A DNA stretch of 63,391 nucleotides, counting the filler, from Klebsormidium nitens (Eukaryota; Plantae; Klebsormidiophyceae): the NCBI GenBank assembly GCA_000708835.1. It is 6 parts of 6 records of this genome, joined end to end, with 100 filler letters (N's around TTAATTAATTAA, not from the genome) between each part and the next. Parts side by side here need not be neighbours in the genome. Positions count along the whole stretch, not along the records: positions 54,061 to 63,391 come from DF238200.1; 5 more parts are not named here. One strand, given 5' to 3'. The notes under the pieces are model-generated. The model was not told where the DNA came from, did no database searches, and worked only from the letters and a program-made list of their open reading frames with translations. Positions 57,999-63,391 of this stretch are shown piece by piece (position 1 is the stretch's first letter; each line of letters opens with the position of its first letter). The translations under genes and the position numbers were made by a program.

Positions 57999-60197
57999 AT
58001 GCCCCGCGTGCCTGCAACCCTCGATGATGGAGAATATCATTGCAGAGATGCCGGGGAAAATTGTTACAAGGTGATGCAGAGGCTGTGTCAGCGACCCAAC
58101 GGGTGGGTCGAATTCATGATATATGCCAGTTCGCACCCAAACATCCCGCGCAATATCCGAGAAAGGGCAGCGCTGTATCAGAGTCTGAAAAGAAAAGGTA
58201 CCCTGTTCGGGCACACGGCAGGACCATTGTGCGAGCGGGTGCTGCGCCGGCAGGGGGCCGCCGAGCATCTACCTCTCTCGACGCGTACCCCTGCGCCGAG
58301 GACGCCAACACGGCCGCCGCGACCTCCACCCAGAACCCCACGAGCCCCACAGAGACAGCCCACGAGGGAGAGAATCGCCGCCTCCGTTCACGTGCTGCCC
58401 CCACTCGTTCCCAGCCGGGCAAGACGGGTGCTGATACCGGATACAGGTCGCGTGTCCAGCATCTCCGAGCTACCGTTCTCGCTCAACGGGTTCTCGGATG
58501 CGACGGTCGATAGGGCAACGCGTCTCGTGAGCGACGGCGCCTTGGCGCCCGCCCCTCTCCAGTACCAAGTCGGCCCCGATTTGAACGGTATGAGCGTCCA
58601 ACGTCAGGACATGTTGACTCTCCAGCGTCGAGAGACCATAACGGACGATATCGTGAACGGAATGTGCACCCTCATCACCCACGAGGTCCCAAACGCATTC
58701 GCTTTGCGTTCGGTCGCGTACAGCCTGGCGACACACTACCAAAATGGCCCATTGCTCTCCGCCAATCACCCGGACGTCGTATCCGGTAGATTGCAGGCGT
58801 ACTCGATGAACGCCGTGAGCCAGTTTCTTCCACAACAGCCACAGAGGTGGATCTTCGTGCCCATCAATCAGGCCAATTATCACTGGGTTATCGTGGTCTA
58901 CGATGCACACGAGAGGAAACTAATAGGATACGACCCCCTCTTCAGAACGATGACCGACGAGCTGAACAACGTGGAGCGAATCCTCTGGGATGGGGGTATC
59001 TTGGACGGGCCGGTTGAGAAGATCAACGGGACGGATATGCCCCGTCAAACGGATTCCATCAACTGTGGACCGGCCATAATAGTGTACATGTTGGCCATCT
59101 CGCGGACCCGAGCACTCCCTGAGCTGTCGGCCCCGGTGCAGAGCTTGGTACGAACGTACACCGCATGCTGCATCTTCAGCAACACCCTGGCGTACACGGG
59201 CCAAGGAACCGTAGCTCCGGGCCGAGGGGTGGTCAACATGACCACGAACTCGATCGGAGTCGCAAACATGGTCCTAACAAGGGCGCAGCAGAGGGCTAGG
59301 CTCCCACCGCTGCGGGATGAGACGAGCGGGGCCTGGATTCTCGGCCGCGCGGTGCCGAACGTCGTCTACGACTATGACTCAAACGGCAATGCCGCCGAAG
59401 AGAAGGTCTTGTCGTTCGGAGCTCCGGGGAGATGGGTGATGATGACCTTTCGCCAATGGGAAGCCCAGCTGCTGTCGGACGTGTGGAGCCCCCAACCGAA
59501 CCCGTACGACATAGAGACTCTCATCCAATTGCTCAGCTCGGTCCCCTGTCATGCCAGCTGCCAAGGTCTTCTCCAGAAGCTCACAACTGGGGTCTGTCGC
59601 CAGAGCTTTCAGTACCTCACGGTCGGTTTAGGCCTCTTCCGGACCCTGCTGACCAATAACAAAGACGACTTGATCAAGGTTCACCAGATGCTGAAGTCCA
59701 CCTTCTTTGCGGCGCTCTTCTTCCGCAGGTGGAAAGGGCCAGGCAATCCCTACCCATACAACGGTCGAAGCACATACCAGCTCTTGGCAGAGACCAACCT
59801 GGCCGGTTGCATTCCCGAGAAGCACCGGATGATTGTGGATGGGCGCGCAGACGGAATGGCCACCGCGCTCCTGAGAAACGTCCTAAGCCTGTACTACAGC
59901 CTGTCCAGGGCAGCCTCGAGGGAATTCGCAAAGCTTCCCATCGTCAATCTAGCAAAGGGGGTCGACCCCAACGAGATCGTGCCGGCCCCGATGGTGAGGT
60001 CCCCCGACGGCGTCGTCGACATCCACACATTGTTGCAAGCCATACAGGTCACCGCGGAAGGTCGCTACTGTGTGAGAGAGGGTTCACACTTTCTGATAAG
60101 ATCAGCAAACTACTACTTTCACGTCCTTACGGGCTCGTACATCGTTCCCGCTGAAGAAGTCGCAGATCTCGTGCACCCTTTCATGGCAACACAATAA
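57999..60197 (+). CDS. 732-aa protein with a central Ulp1/SENP-like (peptidase C48) cysteine protease domain
   Basis: DMLTLQRRETITDDIVN, WIFVPINQANYHWVIVVYD...IGYDPL and MPRQTDSINCGPAI give His (58881), Asp, oxyanion Gln and Cys (59064). Pro/Arg-rich linker upstream and an unknown ~300-aa C-terminus. Confidence 0.85.
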   Translation: MPRVPATLDDGEYHCRDAGENCYKVMQRLCQRPNGWVEFMIYASSHPNIPRNIRERAALYQSLKRKGTLFGHTAGPLCERVLRRQGAAEHLPLSTRTPAPRTPTRPPRPPPRTPRAPQRQPTRERIAASVHVLPPLVPSRARRVLIPDTGRVSSISELPFSLNGFSDATVDRATRLVSDGALAPAPLQYQVGPDLNGMSVQRQDMLTLQRRETITDDIVNGMCTLITHEVPNAFALRSVAYSLATHYQNGPLLSANHPDVVSGRLQAYSMNAVSQFLPQQPQRWIFVPINQANYHWVIVVYDAHERKLIGYDPLFRTMTDELNNVERILWDGGILDGPVEKINGTDMPRQTDSINCGPAIIVYMLAISRTRALPELSAPVQSLVRTYTACCIFSNTLAYTGQGTVAPGRGVVNMTTNSIGVANMVLTRAQQRARLPPLRDETSGAWILGRAVPNVVYDYDSNGNAAEEKVLSFGAPGRWVMMTFRQWEAQLLSDVWSPQPNPYDIETLIQLLSSVPCHASCQGLLQKLTTGVCRQSFQYLTVGLGLFRTLLTNNKDDLIKVHQMLKSTFFAALFFRRWKGPGNPYPYNGRSTYQLLAETNLAGCIPEKHRMIVDGRADGMATALLRNVLSLYYSLSRAASREFAKLPIVNLAKGVDPNEIVPAPMVRSPDGVVDIHTLLQAIQVTAEGRYCVREGSHFLIRSANYYFHVLTGSYIVPAEEVADLVHPFMATQ

Positions 60198-60350
60198 CCC
60201 TCTGCTAGTACATGCGACATGCTGTTCCCTTCCTTGGCATTTTGGCAAAGGCAGTCTACGCGTGTCGAGCTTCAAGATCTGTACGACAGGATCAAGAATC
60301 TGGAGGCCGCCGTCAAAACCCTGCGACCATGCACGTGCAAGAGACGCACC

Positions 60351-60701
60351 TCAGGAGACGGACTCCAGCACCTCGCAAAAAGCGGGCACCACCTCCAAAA
60401 CCCGCTCCAAAGAGGTTCGGAGCTCGTAAGTCTGCCGTTCGATGTTGAACCACCATCTCCGGACCCCCCCATCGGTCTCGCAGACCAATATCCAAGCGCG
60501 ATCCCGTCTTTTGAAATCCGCAAACACGAAATCGTTGACGCGCAGGGCTCTCCGTCCGGCAACCTCCTCCAAGAATAGTCTGAGTTCGAATGAGAATTCG
60601 GCCGGGACGATCGTCAACGAATCTGAACGCCGGACACGCGCCCCCTCCATGATCTGAAGAAAGAGAGCAACGTACGCCATCCTACGCACGCGCTCCAACA
60701 T
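60351..60701 (-). CDS. Hypothetical protein
   Basis: 116-aa ORF with protein-like composition. It overlaps the + strand ORF 60219-60578, so which is real is unresolved. Confidence 0.3.
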   Translation of the reverse strand: MLERVRRMAYVALFLQIMEGARVRRSDSLTIVPAEFSFELRLFLEEVAGRRALRVNDFVFADFKRRDRAWILVCETDGGVRRWWFNIERQTYELRTSLERVLEVVPAFCEVLESVS

Positions 60702-60762
60702 ACGTCAACGAGGTAAACTCTTTCATGCGCACCGCGGACCGTAGAAAACGGCGCATACTGTA

Positions 60763-61218
60763 ATGGACGAGCTGAAGCTCAGCCTCGGCGTGCTGTCAAA
60801 GCTAGAGGCCAATCGCCGCATAGGAAGGAGGGTCAACGGGGTTTTCTGCCTCGAATCCAACCATCAGATCGTCAGCTCAATCCGGAGGTTCGTCCATGGG
60901 GAGAACCGCCACGAATGCATGAGGGAGTTGGATGTTGTGATGGCTCACGCCCGAGAGAAGAGCTTAGATCTCATCAATTCGCGATTCTTTGACGAGGGGC
61001 CCGTGACGATCGACGTCACGAAAGCGTCGTCCGAACTTCGAGGCCTCGCACTCTATCTAACGAGCTCGATCAAAGGCATAGAGGCGCTGCAATTGACATA
61101 CATGGGAGATGCAAACACCGTAGCTAAATTGGACCTGATCAGGAACCAAGTGGACGAGATCATCTCAAACATCGACGACTTCTTGGGCCCCAAGAAGTCG
61201 AGAGCTGATCCAGAATGA
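60763..61218 (+). CDS. Conserved hypothetical protein of NCLDV-like type
   Basis: LGVLSKL...I......V..L......SSIRRFVHGENR...and L.SSIKGIEALQLTY.GD.NTVAKLDLI, a pattern recalled from widespread giant-virus hypothetical proteins; not verified. Confidence 0.6.
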   Translation: MDELKLSLGVLSKLEANRRIGRRVNGVFCLESNHQIVSSIRRFVHGENRHECMRELDVVMAHAREKSLDLINSRFFDEGPVTIDVTKASSELRGLALYLTSSIKGIEALQLTYMGDANTVAKLDLIRNQVDEIISNIDDFLGPKKSRADPE

Positions 61219-61255
61219 ACATCTTGCCAACGTATTTTGGCAACGCCTCGTAAGT

Positions 61256-62326
61256 ATGTTACTTTTAATATATGTGCGTGCAGTAGTGACTATGATTGAT
61301 ATTGAGGAAACGAGAGCCACTCGCATACCCATTGCAAGTGATGGATCGAGAAAACGACCTTTAGCATTGGATCTTTTTTGCGGAGGTGGCGGTGCAAGTA
61401 TGGGACTCGTTATGGCGGGGTTTGATGTTTTAGGCTATGATATTCGAGAGCAGAGAGAATACCCATTCGACTTTGTAAACGAGTGTGCACTGACTGCAGA
61501 CGTCTCCAAGGCGGACTTCATATGGGCATCTCCACCATGTCAAATGTTTACTGGTATCATTCCAACGTCAGCGCGTGAAAAATATGGACACTTGTGGGAT
61601 CATAACAACCTTATACCCCCAGTTCGAGAAAAGTTGACACTCAGTGGAAAGCCATACGTAATCGAGAACGTGCAAGGAGCACGCTCCGAATTGCGAGACC
61701 CTGTGATGATCTGTGGGACCATGTTTGAAAGTTTGAGCGTTTTTAGACATAGACTATTCGAGAACAATTTTGACCTACTCGTAGATCTGAACTGCAATCA
61801 TATGGGTAAAAGTCTCGGAAATCGTTCTCCAAAATCCAAGTCAAATGTCAAAAACGTCATCGAAATCCCTTTCGGCAGCCCACCCATAGACATACACATA
61901 AAACCTGGTGAGTGGAGAAGAGAACACACTACAAGGACGAGCGGACAATCATCCGGAACGACCGACGCGTATTATTTTTCTCCTGAAGGTGTGAGATTCA
62001 GATCCATTCGCGAAATCGAAAGATATTTTAATTGCGGGGTGACAGTCTTTGAAGCGGACCAACCTCCCAGAACATCACATATTTACAACAGAGGTCCTCG
62101 AGTCAAACATCTAAATCATGAAGATATTCAAATGTTTCCTGTGTACGGCAATCCCGGGAGCCAACGGGGGACCGTAGAGGATTGGTCTAATGCAATGCAA
62201 ATAGATTGGATACGGTCTGCCAAGACTCTCGCTCAAGCAATACCGCCGGCGTATTCAGAATACATCGGACGGAAGGTTCTAGATGGTCTAGGCTACGTAC
62301 TAGATTACCCGCCCTTTTTCCAATGA
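61256..62326 (+). CDS. Phage-type C5 DNA cytosine methyltransferase with an inserted methyl-CpG-binding domain (MBD)
   Basis: Motif I LDLFCGGGGAS, IV IWASPPCQ, VI YVIENV, VIII RHRLFE, X LAQAIPPAYSEYIG. The MBD core at 61901-62029 aligns without gaps to the MeCP2 MBD core. Likely start is the ATG at 61292. Confidence 0.9.
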   Translation: MLLLIYVRAVVTMIDIEETRATRIPIASDGSRKRPLALDLFCGGGGASMGLVMAGFDVLGYDIREQREYPFDFVNECALTADVSKADFIWASPPCQMFTGIIPTSAREKYGHLWDHNNLIPPVREKLTLSGKPYVIENVQGARSELRDPVMICGTMFESLSVFRHRLFENNFDLLVDLNCNHMGKSLGNRSPKSKSNVKNVIEIPFGSPPIDIHIKPGEWRREHTTRTSGQSSGTTDAYYFSPEGVRFRSIREIERYFNCGVTVFEADQPPRTSHIYNRGPRVKHLNHEDIQMFPVYGNPGSQRGTVEDWSNAMQIDWIRSAKTLAQAIPPAYSEYIGRKVLDGLGYVLDYPPFFQ

Positions 62327-62616
62327 TGAAACTATTCCACAATGCTCGAAAAATCGAACGCAAAGTCTAGTTCCCCCTCCCTGGGTTCGACGGGTATCGT
62401 AACCCACTTTTCGACCTCCTTTTGGAGTGCGACAGGATCCTCCTCCCCAACGGCCGCCGCCAACGTGATGATCACTGCAAGAACACCTTTGTCAGCATCG
62501 TCGAATGTGAAATATGGGAAACAGGCACATGGATGAATAATGTGTGCTCATCATTCGTTCGAACAATTGCACCGAAGCTCCCTCACCTCGACAAAGCCCT
62601 GCCCGCTTTCCAATGA
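62327..62616 (+). pseudogene. Small ORF interrupted by an in-frame TAG
   Basis: MKLFHNARKIERKV*FPLPGFDGYRNPLFDLLLECDRILL...ALPAFQ*; its stop overlaps the next ATG (ATGA at 62613). Confidence 0.35.
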
Positions 62617-63391
62617 GCGTCAACAGCGTTCTCCAACTGTTGAGCTTCCCCAACTTCGATCGCCGGGGTAGTCCAGACCAACGGTTCGCGTCAAAGCAGA
62701 GGTTCAAGTCCCTCGCTACCCCGTCGCCTCGCAGCACTCGACGCAGCCTTGTGCAATGGCCAATGACCACCCCTGCAAGCGGAGCCGTTGAGATTAAAAG
62801 AAGTCACCCCCACATGCAAATGAACATGCAACTGGAACCGTGCAATGTCTTCCCAAACACGGATGCGAAAAAGGGTCAGGGCGTCACCTGCTTCTTCAGA
62901 TCCTGGAGCCCGTGGCATCCCGCCCGCTCCCCCGCCCCCGTTTCCGCGGGTGTTCCTACCTGAACAAGAGGAATATCGTGTGGGAACGCGTTCTGTGTGA
63001 GATATACAGACGTTGTTGAACGGCCAACAGATGACGTATCCCGACCAACCACAGACACGAGCTTTTACTCACGCTTGGTGATGCTTTCAGGCAGCCGTGT
63101 GGTCGTTCCATCCTCGTTTAGGACTCGGATGGACTCCTTCCACTTCTTTGACCGTGGCCGGCCCACATGCCTCTCGAAGTCGATGGGGTAGAAACGTCCC
63201 TCTCCACCTACATAGCACACAAAGGATTCGATACAGAAATCGATTCGTTAGGATTTCGACCAGATACCGGATACAGACAGACAGAAGCATTGCCCTCGTG
63301 AAGATATGCTTAAGGGACATGAAGCTTACCACATTCCTCGACTTGACAGTCTGGGCTGCAGACGACCAAAGGCTTCACATGGGGGTGCTGC

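Larger units (their letters stand above)
54590..63391. mobile_element. Putative endogenous giant-virus (NCLDV-like) segment, running off the window end
   Basis: Dense intronless ORFs with short spacers, unlike the intron-rich host genes. Content typical of large DNA viruses: AntA/MSV199-like proteins, PD-(D/E)xK domain, Ulp1 protease, phage-type C5 MTase and NCLDV-like small proteins. No hallmark core gene in the window. Confidence 0.65.

Noticed and set aside
60219-60578. 119-aa + strand ORF
   Set aside because: Overlaps a - strand ORF of similar plausibility; I cannot decide which is real, so it is not listed separately.

Overview
Eukaryotic, intron-rich genomic scaffold with several N gaps. 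Plant-type SMG7, strong TGCAG acceptors and a DNMT-carrying Ty3/Gypsy element suggest a streptophyte green alga such as Klebsormidium; this is inference, not a database result. Four zones. (1) 1-21.5 kb host genes: a 7-exon SMG7/EST1-family NMD factor (- strand), a divergently oriented 9-exon gene joining an RNI-like LRR to the C-terminal part of a SAPS (PP6 regulatory subunit) domain, and a 2-exon multi-pass membrane protein. Six introns in the first two genes carry degenerate tandem 'echo' copies of the downstream 3' splice site plus exon start. (2) 21.7-28.6 kb: a MITE-like foldback, a TTCCG-rich tract and three intronless paralogues of an unknown membrane-protein family, two of them frameshifted. 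(3) 29-54 kb: gene-poor decayed DNA, then a nested TE cluster. It holds a LINE fragment, a Ty3/Gypsy element with a 4x novel repeat domain, protease, C5 DNA methyltransferase and RT, three termini of one LTR-like repeat, and an internally deleted Ty1/Copia with both LTRs, a half-tRNA-type PBS and a MITE-like insert. (4) 54.6-63.4 kb: a gene-dense, intronless block that looks like an endogenous giant-virus (NCLDV-like) segment. It encodes two AntA/MSV199-like DNA-binding paralogues, a Ulp1/SUMO-type protease, NCLDV-like small proteins, and a phage-type C5 DNA methyltransferase with a complete methyl-CpG-binding domain (MBD) inserted in its target-recognition region. This reader-writer fusion is the most striking item in the window. 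No NCLDV hallmark gene (capsid, PolB, A32 ATPase) lies inside the window, so viral origin remains an inference. All family calls come from motif recognition by eye; no searches were run.
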